NCBI GenBank assembly: GCA_031459915.1
Contig: JAVKHO010000003.1
Coordinates: forward strand, 96,001-160,000
Source: Candidatus Tepidifontimicrobium thermophilum
GTDB taxonomy: Bacteria > Sysuimicrobiota > Sysuimicrobiia > Sysuimicrobiales > Sysuimicrobiaceae
Reading direction: 5' to 3'
DNA length: 64,000 nt
The position numbers and the translations under genes are program-made. Shown here piece by piece: positions 1 through 9,414 of the stretch (positions within the stretch are counted from its first letter, which is position 1; every line of letters starts with the position of its first letter). The notes under the pieces were generated by a model. It searched no databases, was not told the origin of the DNA, and worked only from the letters and a program-made list of their open reading frames with translations.

Positions 1-381
1 CTGCTGGAAGAAAGCGCGGGCCTCGGGAGGTAGGCTGGCGAGCCGCTGGACAGACAGTTTGAGGAGCAGGCGGTGGCCCTCGATGAAGGGGGCGTCTTCG
101 GCGTGAGCGCAGACCTGTGCACCGCTTTCCGAGGCCACCTGGGGTGCGTTGCCGATGTGGTCCAGATCCTGGTGGGTCAGGACGAGCCAGCGGAGCTGGG
201 CGAGCTGGATGCCGTGCTCCGCGAGCAGCTGGCGAAGCGTGTCCACCTGGCCGGGCAGGCCCGTGTCCACCAACATGGGGCCCTGGGGATCCTGCAGGAG
301 CACCGGGTGGACCGTGACCCGCGTGGCCCGGAACGGCCCTTCGAACTGGAGGACGCGGACCACTTCCGGTAGCGGACTCAT
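1..381 (-). CDS. MBL-fold metallo-hydrolase (3' end outside window)
   Basis: Manually translated minus frame from ATG at 381 with RBS GGAGGAGG: MSPLPEVVRVLQFEG...MLVDTGLPG...LVLTHQDLDHIGNA (MBL DTG and HxDxDH-type motifs). Not in the ORF track because it runs off the edge. Confidence 0.85.
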   Translation of the reverse strand, partial: MSPLPEVVRVLQFEGPFRATRVTVHPVLLQDPQGPMLVDTGLPGQVDTLRQLLAEHGIQLAQLRWLVLTHQDLDHIGNAPQVASESGAQVCAHAEDAPFIEGHRLLLKLSVQRLASLPPEARAFFQQ

Positions 382-494
382 AGCCTCCTCCTCTACGCGG
401 ATGGCTGACCGCGGACATTCTACCGATGGAGCCCGGGGCGCCGGTAGCCTAGCAGGCAACCTGCCCGGTGGGGTCGAAGGGCACCCTCGTGCGG

Positions 495-1283
495 ATGGAG
501 ATCCACCCCCTCCAGGCGGTGGCCGAGCTGCGGGCGGTGGAGGGTCTGCAGCAGGCGGTCTGGGGCATGACCGACCGCGAGGTGGTCCCCTGCCACCAGC
601 TGCTGGCCGCGGTCCGGAACGGCGGCGTGGTGCTCGGAGCGTTCGCCGAAGGCCGGCTGGTGGGATTCTGCTACGCTTTCGTGGGCTGGCGGCAGGGCGA
701 GCGGGTCTTGCACTCCCACATGACCGCGGTCCTACCGGGCCTGCAGGACCGGGACGTGGGCTACCGGCTGAAGCTGGCGCAGCGGGAGTGGGCGCTGGCG
801 CAGGGCTACCGGCGCGTGGTGTGGACGTTCGACCCGTTGCAGAGCCGCAACGCCTACTTCAACCTGCACAAACTGGGAGCACGGGCGGAACGGTACGAGG
901 TCAACTACTACGGCGAGATGGACGACGAGCTGAACCGCGGCCTGCCCACGGACCGGCTGGAGGTGGACTGGTGGGTCAGCAGCGAACCCGTGGTGGCGCG
1001 GCTGGAGGGCCGCCGGGCGGCGCCGCGGCTGGAAGGTACCCGCGCAGTCCTGGAAGCGGAGGGTGACGCCCCAGGCCGCGTACACCGGCCGACGGGCGTC
1101 CTGCTTCGGCTGGAGGTGCCCGCGTCCGTCAGCGCCTTGCGGGAGCGCGACCCGCAGCTGGCCCTGGCGTGGAGGCTTGCGACTCGGCAGGCCTTCCTGC
1201 GGTGCTTCCGGGAGGGCTACGCGGCGGTGGACTTCGTCCGGGAGGGCGGAAGGGGGTTCTACGTGCTGGAGCGGTCCCGATGA
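495..1283 (+). CDS. GNAT N-acyltransferase (D-amino-acid N-succinyltransferase-like)
   Basis: LHSHMTAV...VGYRLKLAQREWA...WTFDPLQSRNAYFNLHKLG; coupled to the next gene by an ATGA overlap. Start could be 468-495. Confidence 0.85.
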   Translation: MEIHPLQAVAELRAVEGLQQAVWGMTDREVVPCHQLLAAVRNGGVVLGAFAEGRLVGFCYAFVGWRQGERVLHSHMTAVLPGLQDRDVGYRLKLAQREWALAQGYRRVVWTFDPLQSRNAYFNLHKLGARAERYEVNYYGEMDDELNRGLPTDRLEVDWWVSSEPVVARLEGRRAAPRLEGTRAVLEAEGDAPGRVHRPTGVLLRLEVPASVSALRERDPQLALAWRLATRQAFLRCFREGYAAVDFVREGGRGFYVLERSR

Positions 1284-2389
1284 GGGTGGAGGCCATCGAG
1301 CTGCGTGTCGTGGAGCTGCCGCTGCGCTTCCCTTTCGAGACCAGCTTCGGCCGGGAGGAGGTCAAGCGCGCGGTGCTCGTGTGCGCGCAGGCGGACGGCC
1401 TGCAGGGCTGGGGTGAAGCACCGGTGATGGCCGCGCCGCGGTACAACGAGGAGACGGTGGAGACCGCGTGGCACGTGCTGCGGGACTTCCTCGCGCCCGC
1501 AGTCCTGGGCTCCCAACTCACGCACCCCCGCGAGGTGCGGGAACGCCTGCGCTTCGTGCGGCGCCACCACATGGCCAAGGCGGGACTGGAGGCAGCGGTG
1601 TGGGACCTCTTCGCCCAGCGGGAGGGCCGCAGCCTCCGGGACTTGCTGGGGGGAGTGCGGGAGCGGGTGGAAGTGGGGGTGAGCCTGGGCATCGAGCCCA
1701 CGGTGTCTGAGCTCGTGCGGCGGGTGGAGGAGTTCGTCGGGCTGGGCTACCGGCGGGTGAAGGTGAAGATCCGGCCCGGCTGGGATGTGGGCGTGGTACG
1801 GGAGATCCGGCGCCAGTTCCCCGACCTCGCCCTGCAGGTGGACGCCAACTCCGCCTACGGCCTAGAGGATGCGCCGATCTTCGAGGCCCTAGACGAGTTC
1901 GGGCTGCTGTTGATCGAGCAGCCCCTCGGCGAGGACGACCTCGTGGACCACGCGAAACTGCAGGCCCGCCTGCGGACAGCCGTCTGCCTGGACGAGTCCA
2001 TCGTGCACCCCCACGACGCCCGGAAGGCCATCGAACTGGGCAGCTGTCGGGTCGTGAACATCAAGCCGGCACGACTGGGAGGTCTAGCCGCCGCGCTGGA
2101 CACCCACGACGTGTGTGCGTCGCACGGCATTCCCGTGTGGTGTGGGGGCATGCTGGAGACGGGGATCGGCCGGCTGGCGAACCTAGCCCTGGCCTCCCTG
2201 CCGAACTTCCGGCTGCCGGGGGACCTTTCCGCGTCGGACCGTTACTTTGAGGAGGACCTGATCGAACCGCCGGTGGTCCTGGAGCCGGACGGGACGGTGC
2301 GCGTGCCCGCAGAGGCCGGGATCGCGCCCCGGGTCCGGCGGGACCGGGTGGACCGGGTCACCGTCCGGAAGGAGTGGATCCGGGCGTAG
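1280..2389 (+). CDS. menC: o-succinylbenzoate synthase / N-succinylamino acid racemase (enolase superfamily)
   Basis: PFETSFG, KVKIRPGWD, QVDANSAY, IEQP, CLDESI, NIKPARLGG, WCGGMLETGIGR, PGDLSASDRYF. Confidence 0.9.
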   Translation: MRVEAIELRVVELPLRFPFETSFGREEVKRAVLVCAQADGLQGWGEAPVMAAPRYNEETVETAWHVLRDFLAPAVLGSQLTHPREVRERLRFVRRHHMAKAGLEAAVWDLFAQREGRSLRDLLGGVRERVEVGVSLGIEPTVSELVRRVEEFVGLGYRRVKVKIRPGWDVGVVREIRRQFPDLALQVDANSAYGLEDAPIFEALDEFGLLLIEQPLGEDDLVDHAKLQARLRTAVCLDESIVHPHDARKAIELGSCRVVNIKPARLGGLAAALDTHDVCASHGIPVWCGGMLETGIGRLANLALASLPNFRLPGDLSASDRYFEEDLIEPPVVLEPDGTVRVPAEAGIAPRVRRDRVDRVTVRKEWIRA

Positions 2390-2439
2390 GCCCCTGGGCC
2401 TGTAAGGGTCCAGGGACGCGGGCTGGGCTGTGCGGCCGG

Positions 2440-2529
2440 TGGCGGAGGGGGTGGGATTCGAACCCACGCGGGTGTTTCCACCCTAGCGGTTTTCAAGACC
2501 GCCCCGTTCAACCGCTCCGGCACCCCTCC
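2440..2529 (-). tRNA. tRNA-Ser(TGA)
   Basis: Minus strand GGAGGGGTGCCGGAGCGGTTGAACGGGGCGGTCTTGAAAACCGC...GGTTCGAATCCCACCCCCTCCGCCA: anticodon TGA, long variable arm, T-loop, encoded CCA; TACAAT -10 just upstream. Confidence 0.97.
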
Positions 2530-2781
2530 GTCCCAATTGTAGGGGACGCTTCTGCATCCAGGACTTTCACGAATGGGGCGGTGGCCTCCCCGGAGGGGGC
2601 GAGGCGTCGACAAGCTTTTTGGGGTTCGATGAGCTGAGAGCCACTCCTTCGGCCGCAGGGGACACAGCGGAGCGTGCCCCTCCAGCGGCTTGCACCGGCG
2701 CGTTTCCTCCGAGTCATGTCCTCGACCTCTCGGCGTGGCGGGCGAAGGGTGCCGTACCTGAGTGGCGACGGCACTGAGCGG

Positions 2782-3357
2782 CTAACCCAGGAGCTCGTCT
2801 GCCGAGAGCGGTAAGTCCGGGAAGGCGGAGGGGGAGAGAAGTTGGCCTCGGTTGACGGCGCGGGCGTCCCGGTAGCCGTCGGGGGAAGGGTCCTGGTACA
2901 CCTCGATGCGGTCGTGCTCCAGGTCGACGAGCCAGACTTCGGCGATGCTCCCGCGGGCGTAGAGGGGCAGCTTGACCTGGCGGTCGTAGTCTGCGGAGGT
3001 CTCGGCGACCTCGACCAGGAGTAGGACGTCCTCCGGGGTGGGGTGGGCGGTGGCGTAGAAGTCGGCCCGGGGCCGCAGGAGGGCCAGGTCAGGCTGAGGC
3101 TCCGCGAACTCACCCAGGCGGACGGGGTCCTGGACGCTCAGCACCACCCTCCTCGCAACTTGCAACGGAAGGAACCGGTCCAGCAGGCGCTTGACGGTGC
3201 CCGCGTGCCTGCTGCCGACGGGACTCATTTCTACCACCTCCCCGTCGATGAGCTCGACCCGGTCGTCCTCCCTGAGGATGCCGGCACGGGCGAGGAGGTG
3301 GTACTCCTCCACCGTGAACTTGCGCCGCACCACGTGTGGCTGGGCCACTTCCCTCAC
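2782..3357 (-). CDS. Uma2 family (DUF820, PD-(D/E)XK) endonuclease-like protein
   Basis: FTVEEYH...RVELIDGE, EPQPDL, LLVEVAETS..YDR.VKLPLYA, EVWLVDL. Confidence 0.9.
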   Translation of the reverse strand: MREVAQPHVVRRKFTVEEYHLLARAGILREDDRVELIDGEVVEMSPVGSRHAGTVKRLLDRFLPLQVARRVVLSVQDPVRLGEFAEPQPDLALLRPRADFYATAHPTPEDVLLLVEVAETSADYDRQVKLPLYARGSIAEVWLVDLEHDRIEVYQDPSPDGYRDARAVNRGQLLSPSAFPDLPLSADELLG

Positions 3358-3405
3358 CTCCCGCCGATTCTACAGGGTGCCTGAGACCCAGCGCCAGATG
3401 CCCAG

Positions 3406-4320
3406 TTACACCCGCAGCCGCGGGTCCAGGGCGTCCCGCAGGCCGTCCCCGAACAGGTTGAACCCCAACACCGTCAGCATGATGGCCAGGCCGGGGAACA
3501 CCAGGGTGTGCGGGGCCAGCTGGATGTGCTGGCGGGCGGTCGACAGCATGGCGCCCCACTCTGCAGTGGGCTGCTGGACGCCCAGCCCGAGGAATCCCAG
3601 GGCCGCGGCAGACAGGATGGCGCTCGCCACTTGGAGGGTGGTCTGGACGATGAGCACCGCGAGGGTGTTGGGGAGGATGTGGCGGAACACGATGCGCAGG
3701 CTCCCGGCGCCCAGAGCCCGGGCGGCATGCACGAACTCCTGCTCCTTCAGGGACAGCACCTGTCCGCGGACCAGGCGGGTGTACGTGGGGACGGACACGA
3801 TCCCCACGGCGATCATCACGTTCACCAGGCCCACCCCCAGGATGGTGACCAGCAGGATGGCCAGGACGGTACTCGGGAACGCTAGCAGGACGTCGATGGC
3901 CCGCTGTACTACCAAGTCGAACCAGCCGCCGAGGTACCCCGAGAGCAGCCCGAGGGGAACACCCAGGACCACGCCGATGGCCACCGCGATGGTGCCGATG
4001 ACCATGGAGAGCCGGGCGCCGTACAGGATCCGGCTCAGGAGGTCGCGGCCCAGCTCGTCGGTACCCAGCCAGTGTCGGCTGCTGGGCGGCTTGAGGCTGT
4101 TCTCCAGGTCCGAGGCGTAGGGGTCGTACGGGGCGATCCAGGGAGCCAGCACCCCGCAGGTGGCGAAGACCACGAGGACGCCCAGCCCCAGCATGGCGGA
4201 GCGGCTGCGGCGCAGCCGACGCCACACCAGCGCTCCGGTGGACACCACCCCCTGCACCCGCCCGACGGGCTCCACCGCCGCGGGCGCGACGACGGCAGAG
4301 GGGCGCGGGGCGTTACTCAT
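3406..4320 (-). CDS. peptide/nickel ABC transporter permease (DppC/OppC type)
   Basis: HWLGTDELGRD, EFVHAARALGA (EAA loop), LGFLGLG..P..EWGAM. Confidence 0.95.
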   Translation of the reverse strand: MSNAPRPSAVVAPAAVEPVGRVQGVVSTGALVWRRLRRSRSAMLGLGVLVVFATCGVLAPWIAPYDPYASDLENSLKPPSSRHWLGTDELGRDLLSRILYGARLSMVIGTIAVAIGVVLGVPLGLLSGYLGGWFDLVVQRAIDVLLAFPSTVLAILLVTILGVGLVNVMIAVGIVSVPTYTRLVRGQVLSLKEQEFVHAARALGAGSLRIVFRHILPNTLAVLIVQTTLQVASAILSAAALGFLGLGVQQPTAEWGAMLSTARQHIQLAPHTLVFPGLAIMLTVLGFNLFGDGLRDALDPRLRV

Positions 4321-5233
4321 AGCGGATCCGGGGGTCCAGCAGCCCGTACAGCAGGTCCACGGCCAGGTTCAGGGCCACGAAGGTGGCCGCGATGAGCAGG
4401 GTGGCACCCTGGATGATGGGGTAGTCGCGGGCCAGCACCGCGTCTACCAGCAGACGGCCGATGCCCGGCCACGCGAACACTGTCTCTGTGAGGACGGCCC
4501 CCGAAAGGAGGGTGCCCAGCTGGAGGCCGAGGACGGTCACCACAGGGATCAGGGCGTTCCGCAGGGCGTGGCGGTTGACCACCACCCGCTCCGCGAGGCC
4601 CTTGGCCCGGGCAGTACGGATATAGTCCTGGCCCAGCACCTCCAGCATACTGGAGCGGGTCATGCGGGCTACGATGGCCGCGGAGGCCGCGCCCAGGGTG
4701 ACAGAGGGCAGCAACAGGTGCCGCCAGGTTTCGTAGCCGAACGCGGGCAGCCACTGGAGCCGCACGGAGAAGACCAAGATCAGGTTGAGCCCGAGCCAGA
4801 ACACGGGCATGGACACGCCCACAAGGGCCACCAGCATCACCAGGGTATCCAGCCAAGAGAGGTGGCGGGTGGCGGCCAGAATCCCCGCCGGGACCCCGAT
4901 CAGGGAGGCCACCACTATGCTGGCCAGGGCGAGGCGGACGGTCCTCGGGAAGCGCTGGCCCAGCTCTTCCACCACGGGGGCGCCGTTGAACAGCGACCGA
5001 CCCAGGTCGCCCCGCACCACGTTGCGGAGGAAGTACAGGTACTGCACGGGCAAGGGCTGGTCCAGTCCCAGGGACTGTCGGATCTGGCGCACCACCTCCT
5101 CGGTGGCGGCCTGCCCTGCCATGATCTGGGCGGGGTCGCCGGGGATCAAGCGGATGGCGACGAACACCACCACCGACACTCCCAGGAGCACCGGGAGCGC
5201 CAGCAGCACACGCTTGAGCACGTAGCGCCACAC
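4313..5233 (-). CDS. peptide/nickel ABC transporter permease (DppB/OppB type)
   Basis: LIPGDP, GLDQPL..QY, DYIRTARAKGL, ETVFAWPGIG, DPRIRYE. Confidence 0.95.
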   Translation of the reverse strand: MWRYVLKRVLLALPVLLGVSVVVFVAIRLIPGDPAQIMAGQAATEEVVRQIRQSLGLDQPLPVQYLYFLRNVVRGDLGRSLFNGAPVVEELGQRFPRTVRLALASIVVASLIGVPAGILAATRHLSWLDTLVMLVALVGVSMPVFWLGLNLILVFSVRLQWLPAFGYETWRHLLLPSVTLGAASAAIVARMTRSSMLEVLGQDYIRTARAKGLAERVVVNRHALRNALIPVVTVLGLQLGTLLSGAVLTETVFAWPGIGRLLVDAVLARDYPIIQGATLLIAATFVALNLAVDLLYGLLDPRIRYE

Positions 5234-5265
5234 CGCGAATCACCCGTCCTATGGTACCGAATTGG

Positions 5266-5293
5266 AAAAAGGGGCCGGCACAGCCGGCCCCTT
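5266..5293 (-). terminator. intrinsic terminator / stabilising stem between substrate-binding gene and permeases
   Basis: Minus strand AAGGGGCCGGC-TGT-GCCGGCCCC followed by TTTTT. Confidence 0.75.
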
Positions 5294-5313
5294 CACTCGC
5301 GTGGGACAAACTT

Positions 5314-6903
5314 CTACCTGGCGAGCCAGGCGGTGTGGGCCAGGACCCGCTCCGTGGGGTGCACCACCAGCCCCTGGACCTCTCGCCGAAGCCCCGTTAC
5401 CTGGGACTCACTGTGGAGGAACAGCCACGGGGCGTCCCGCCAGATCAGTTCCATGGCCTGCTTGTAGGTGGCCGCGCGGCGCGCGGGGTCGGTGATGGCC
5501 CGGGCCTCCTCCAGGAGCTGGTCCACCTGCGGATTGCGGTAGAAGAACCGGTTGAACCCGGCGGGAGCCCACTGGCTGCTGTGGAACAGGCTGAACAGTC
5601 CGTAGTCGGCGTCCCCGGTGACCGTGCCCCAGCCCAGCATGAACATCTCCACGGGGGTACGGTCCACGGGCTGGTTGGTGAAGCTCAAGTACGCGGCCCA
5701 CTCCATGGTCTGCAGGCGCGCGTTGATCCCTGCCGCCCGCAGCTGTGCCTGCACCGCGGCGGCGACCGCGGCGTCCTGCACGTACCGGCCCGTGGGGTGC
5801 AGGAGGGTCACGTTCAGGCCTCCGCCGTGGCCCGCCTCCGCCAGCAGCCGCTTCGCGCGGTCTACGTCGTAGGGCCACCCTCCGGGCTGGATCGGAGCGT
5901 AGCCCACGATGCCGGGCGAGATGGGCGCGTCGGACACCCGGGCGGCCCCGCCCAGCACCGTCTGCACGATGGCCCGCTTGTTCACCGCGTAGTTGAAAGC
6001 CTGCCGGACCCGGGCGTCCGTGAAGGGTGGCTTCTGGTTGTTGAAGGCGATGTAGATGGTCCGGACGCTGCTGGTCCGGTCGATGCGCAGGGCACGGTTC
6101 AGGGCGAGTCGGGTGGTCTCCCGCGGCGGCACCCGCACCGCCACATGGATCTGGCCGCCCTCCAGGGCCAGGACCCGAGCCCCGTCGTCGGGGATGGCGC
6201 GGAACACCACCTGGTCCAGGAGGGGCTTGCGGGGACCCCAGTAGTCAGGGTTGCGCTCCAGCACGATGCGGTCCCCTCGGACCCACTCCCGGAACCGGAA
6301 GGGGCCGGTCCCTACGGGCTGGCGGCCGTACGGCTCCCCGGTGGGCGGTCGCATCCCACCCGCCCGCTGCACCGCGGTGGGACTGTGGATGGCGAGGAAG
6401 TCGTGGGTGAGGTGTGCGAGCAGCGGCACGAAGGGCCGGCGCAGGTTCAGGCGGACGGTGTACGCGTCCACCACGTCCACGCCGGTGACCTCCCCGAGGA
6501 GGATGGCACGGAAGGGTGCGCGATTCTCGGGGTTGAGGATGAAGTCGAAGTTCCACTTAACCGCGGCCGCGTCGAAAGGCGTGCCGTCGTGGAACCGGAT
6601 CCCGCGGCGCAGCCGGATGGTCATGCTGCGGCCGTCCGGGGACATCTGGGGCAGGCGTTCCGCCAGCAGGGGCTCGATCCGCCCCTCCGGGGTGAGCTGG
6701 TACAGGGTCTCCGCCACGTGGGAGATCACCTCCGCGTCCGGTGAAGCGGAGGCGTAGGGACTCAGGGTGACCGAGTCGACCCCCCGACCGATGATCAGGG
6801 TGCCGCCGGCCTGCGGGGCGGACGTGGCGGGGCCGCCGGCCGCGGGCAGACCCACAGCCACAGCTAGCACAGCCGCCACCGATACGAGCAGGAGGCTCCG
6901 CAC
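5314..6903 (-). CDS. ABC transporter substrate-binding protein, family 5 (GsiB/DppA-like)
   Basis: Signal peptide after GTG at 6903; FHDGTPFDAAAVK, PVGTGPF, VRQAFNYAVN, SBP_bac_5 architecture. Confidence 0.93.
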   Translation of the reverse strand: MRSLLLVSVAAVLAVAVGLPAAGGPATSAPQAGGTLIIGRGVDSVTLSPYASASPDAEVISHVAETLYQLTPEGRIEPLLAERLPQMSPDGRSMTIRLRRGIRFHDGTPFDAAAVKWNFDFILNPENRAPFRAILLGEVTGVDVVDAYTVRLNLRRPFVPLLAHLTHDFLAIHSPTAVQRAGGMRPPTGEPYGRQPVGTGPFRFREWVRGDRIVLERNPDYWGPRKPLLDQVVFRAIPDDGARVLALEGGQIHVAVRVPPRETTRLALNRALRIDRTSSVRTIYIAFNNQKPPFTDARVRQAFNYAVNKRAIVQTVLGGAARVSDAPISPGIVGYAPIQPGGWPYDVDRAKRLLAEAGHGGGLNVTLLHPTGRYVQDAAVAAAVQAQLRAAGINARLQTMEWAAYLSFTNQPVDRTPVEMFMLGWGTVTGDADYGLFSLFHSSQWAPAGFNRFFYRNPQVDQLLEEARAITDPARRAATYKQAMELIWRDAPWLFLHSESQVTGLRREVQGLVVHPTERVLAHTAWLAR

Positions 6904-6945
6904 CGACCATCCCCCCTTACTAGTGGATTCGCCAGCTCCGCTTTT

Positions 6946-6973
6946 ATTCAACATTGTTGAACAACCTTCCTTC
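6946..6973 (-). promoter_or_regulatory. sigmaH-like promoter overlapped by a perfect palindrome TTCAACA-T-TGTTGAA (candidate operator)
   Basis: Minus strand GAAGGAAGG-N12-GTTGAAT; the 15-bp inverted repeat is at 6947-6961 in an AT-rich island. Confidence 0.5.
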
Positions 6974-7037
6974 AGGTCGGATCGAATGCGCGTGCGCCCA
7001 CCGTGCCACCGGGTGACGGGTGGCGTAGAGTGGAGCC

Positions 7038-8009
7038 GTGGGTCTCTTGCAGGCACTGGTGGAGGAGGTCCGGCAGGTCGCCGGGGGGCAGCCCGTGGCT
7101 GTGGCCTTCAGCGGGGGGCTGGACAGCACCGTGGCTGCGGCCCTGTGCCGGGAGGCGCTGGGACCCGAGCGCGTGCTGTTGGTCACCGTGAACATGGGTC
7201 AGTACGCCTACCGCCGCGGTAACGAGATCGTCCTGGAGATGGCGGAGCGGCTCGGGCTGCCTCAGCGGTGCCTGCTGGGCCAGGCCCTGCAGGACCGGAT
7301 CATGGCCGGGGGGCCCGCGTGCAACCGGTGCACCCGGGACATCAAGCTGGGTCTGGTGAAGGCGGCAGCCCGTGGGCGCCTGGTGGTCACGGGCGCCAAC
7401 CGGTCAGACACCTGGGGCCAGATGGGGCTGAAGCTGTGCAACGGCTACTACGCCCCGCTGCTGGAACTGGACAAGCCCCAGATCCGGTGCCTGGCGCTGC
7501 AGCTGGGGATCGACCCGCCGCAGACCAAGATCGGCGAGAACCCCGGCCGCGAGGGGTGCAAGCTGAAGCACCTGCTCAAGCCCCTCGCCAACCCGGACTA
7601 CCACGGCCGCGCCGTGGCCCGTGCCAACGAGGCGGTGCTGGACGCGGTCCGGGACCTTGGCTTTCCCGCCCAGCTGGCCAACGTGAAGGTGATCGGCCCC
7701 CTGCGGCGCAACGTGGGGTTGGTGAACCTGTGGCCTCCGCCGCCGCCGGGTGTGGCACGGGAAGTGCTGCACCGGGTAGGGCAGGTTCCGGAGCTGGAGG
7801 AGGTGCACCTGGTGGACCGCCCGTTGCGCCTAGTGGCGAAGGCGAACCCCAGCATCCTGGGAGACCCCCACGCGCGGTACTGGCTGCAGCACGGCCGGAT
7901 GCAGCCGGACTTCGCGTACCCCATCGACGTGCGGTGGCTGCCTTCGTCTAACGACCGCTTGAGCACCTTCCACGTGGTGGCGTTCGAGTGGCTGGACGCC
8001 CCTGCTTGA
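7038..8009 (+). CDS. PP-loop (adenine nucleotide alpha hydrolase) protein, ExsB/LarE-like
   Basis: AFSGGLDS PP-loop; CNRC, TGANRSD and REGCKLKH motifs. Confidence 0.8.
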   Translation: MGLLQALVEEVRQVAGGQPVAVAFSGGLDSTVAAALCREALGPERVLLVTVNMGQYAYRRGNEIVLEMAERLGLPQRCLLGQALQDRIMAGGPACNRCTRDIKLGLVKAAARGRLVVTGANRSDTWGQMGLKLCNGYYAPLLELDKPQIRCLALQLGIDPPQTKIGENPGREGCKLKHLLKPLANPDYHGRAVARANEAVLDAVRDLGFPAQLANVKVIGPLRRNVGLVNLWPPPPPGVAREVLHRVGQVPELEEVHLVDRPLRLVAKANPSILGDPHARYWLQHGRMQPDFAYPIDVRWLPSSNDRLSTFHVVAFEWLDAPA

Positions 8010-9358
8010 ACGGCCTCCGCGGGCTCGAGGGGGTGGCCGCGGGGCTGGTGGTGGCGGTCTTGGTGGCCGCGTGCGGGCAGAGCGGGGTCGCCCCTGCCCC
8101 CAGCCCGAGTCCGGCGAGCTGCCAGGCGCTTGGGCGCGGAACGGTCTTCCAGCGCCCCAGCCAACGCGTGCCGCCGGCAGGTCAGCTCGTGGTGCGGCTG
8201 CGGCCGGGCGTGCCGGTAGAGCAAGCCGCGGACCTAGCTGGAGGAGTGGGCGCGGAGGTGGTCAAGGTACGTCGCCGGGCCCGGGCGCTGGTCGTGAGGC
8301 CGCGCGGCGGCGTGGGCTTGGTCCAGCTGTCGACCCAGCTTGCCGCGGACCCCAGGGTTGCGGGCGTCGAGCCCCACCTGCGGGTTCGGGCCTTGCAGCC
8401 CGCTCCAGACGACCCGCTGTACCCGGGACAGTGGGCGCTCGCGCAGGTCCGCGCACCGGACGCGTGGCAACTCACCGTGGGTGGCGGGGTGAAGGTCGCG
8501 GTGGTGGACACCGGTATCTCGCCCCACCCAGACGTCCCACGGCCGGCGGCAGGGTACGACTTCGTGGAGGACGACGCGGACCCCACCGACCGCGGAGATC
8601 CCAGCTTCGACTGCACCAGTCACGGGACGATGGTGGCCAGCGTCCTGGCAGCGCTTACGAACAACGGGCGGGGAATGGCGGGCGTGACGTGGGGAGGCGT
8701 GGAGCTCCTGGTGGCGCGGGTCCTGGACGAGCAGGGCAACGGTAGCCTCCTGGACGTGGAGGAGGCCTTGCGGTGGGCTGCGGAAAGAGGGGCGCGGGTG
8801 GCGAACCTCAGCCTGGGTACTCAAGAGCCAGTGGCCTGTCCGGACGGCCTGCGGGCCGCGGTGCGGGAGGTGGTCAGCCGGGGCGTGCTGGTGGTGGCGG
8901 CTGCGGGGAACAACGGACCCCAAGCAGGGACAGTGGTCTGCCCGGCCAACCTGACAGAGGTGGTCGCCGTGGCCGCCACGGGGCCGGATGGTGCCGTCGC
9001 GTGGTACTCCAGCCGCGGCAGCGAGGTGGACCTGGCGGCACCCGGGGGCAGCGCCCTCGGCTCCTGCGATGCGGACGTGCGCACCGCCAGCCCTTCCGCC
9101 TCCAACCCGGAGGACTACCCGTGCGCCGCGGGTACGTCCTTCGCGGCCCCTCACGTGAGCGGGACCGCGGCCCTGGTGCTGTCCCGGTGGCCTTCCCTGA
9201 CGCCCGATCAGGTGCGCGGGAAGCTGCAGCAGGCTGCGGAGGACATCGGGGAGCCTGGGCGCGATCGGGACAGCGGGTGCGGCCTCCTCCGGGCGGACCG
9301 GGCGGTGCGGGGAGAGTCCGCCCCGGCTCCCGCCTGCCCGTGGCCGTCAAACCAATAA
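7988..9358 (+). CDS. S8 subtilisin-family serine peptidase, probable lipoprotein
   Basis: Lipobox LVAAC; triad VAVVDTG / HGTMVA / GTSFAAP; AAAGN. Start may be TTG at 8006. Confidence 0.92.
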   Translation: MAGRPCLNGLRGLEGVAAGLVVAVLVAACGQSGVAPAPSPSPASCQALGRGTVFQRPSQRVPPAGQLVVRLRPGVPVEQAADLAGGVGAEVVKVRRRARALVVRPRGGVGLVQLSTQLAADPRVAGVEPHLRVRALQPAPDDPLYPGQWALAQVRAPDAWQLTVGGGVKVAVVDTGISPHPDVPRPAAGYDFVEDDADPTDRGDPSFDCTSHGTMVASVLAALTNNGRGMAGVTWGGVELLVARVLDEQGNGSLLDVEEALRWAAERGARVANLSLGTQEPVACPDGLRAAVREVVSRGVLVVAAAGNNGPQAGTVVCPANLTEVVAVAATGPDGAVAWYSSRGSEVDLAAPGGSALGSCDADVRTASPSASNPEDYPCAAGTSFAAPHVSGTAALVLSRWPSLTPDQVRGKLQQAAEDIGEPGRDRDSGCGLLRADRAVRGESAPAPACPWPSNQ

Positions 9359-9359
9359 C

Positions 9360-9388
9360 TTGACAGCGACCTCCGTGATGCCTAAAAA
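9360..9388 (+). promoter_or_regulatory. sigma70-type promoter upstream of hsp20 remnant
   Basis: TTGACA-N17-TAAAAA. Confidence 0.6.
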
Positions 9389-9414
9389 AGGCTCACGGGA
9401 GTTCTGAGAGTCCC

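Noticed and set aside
2242..2717. ORFs overlapping or just upstream of the tRNA (2242-2613; MTRRKRAG... from about 2717)
   Set aside because: They translate through the tRNA and its promoter and show no protein-like features.
2440..3357. Integrated element at tRNA-Ser (Uma2 nuclease next to a tRNA)
   Set aside because: No integrase, no duplicated tRNA 3' end seen and no compositional shift; Uma2 genes are often scattered singletons.
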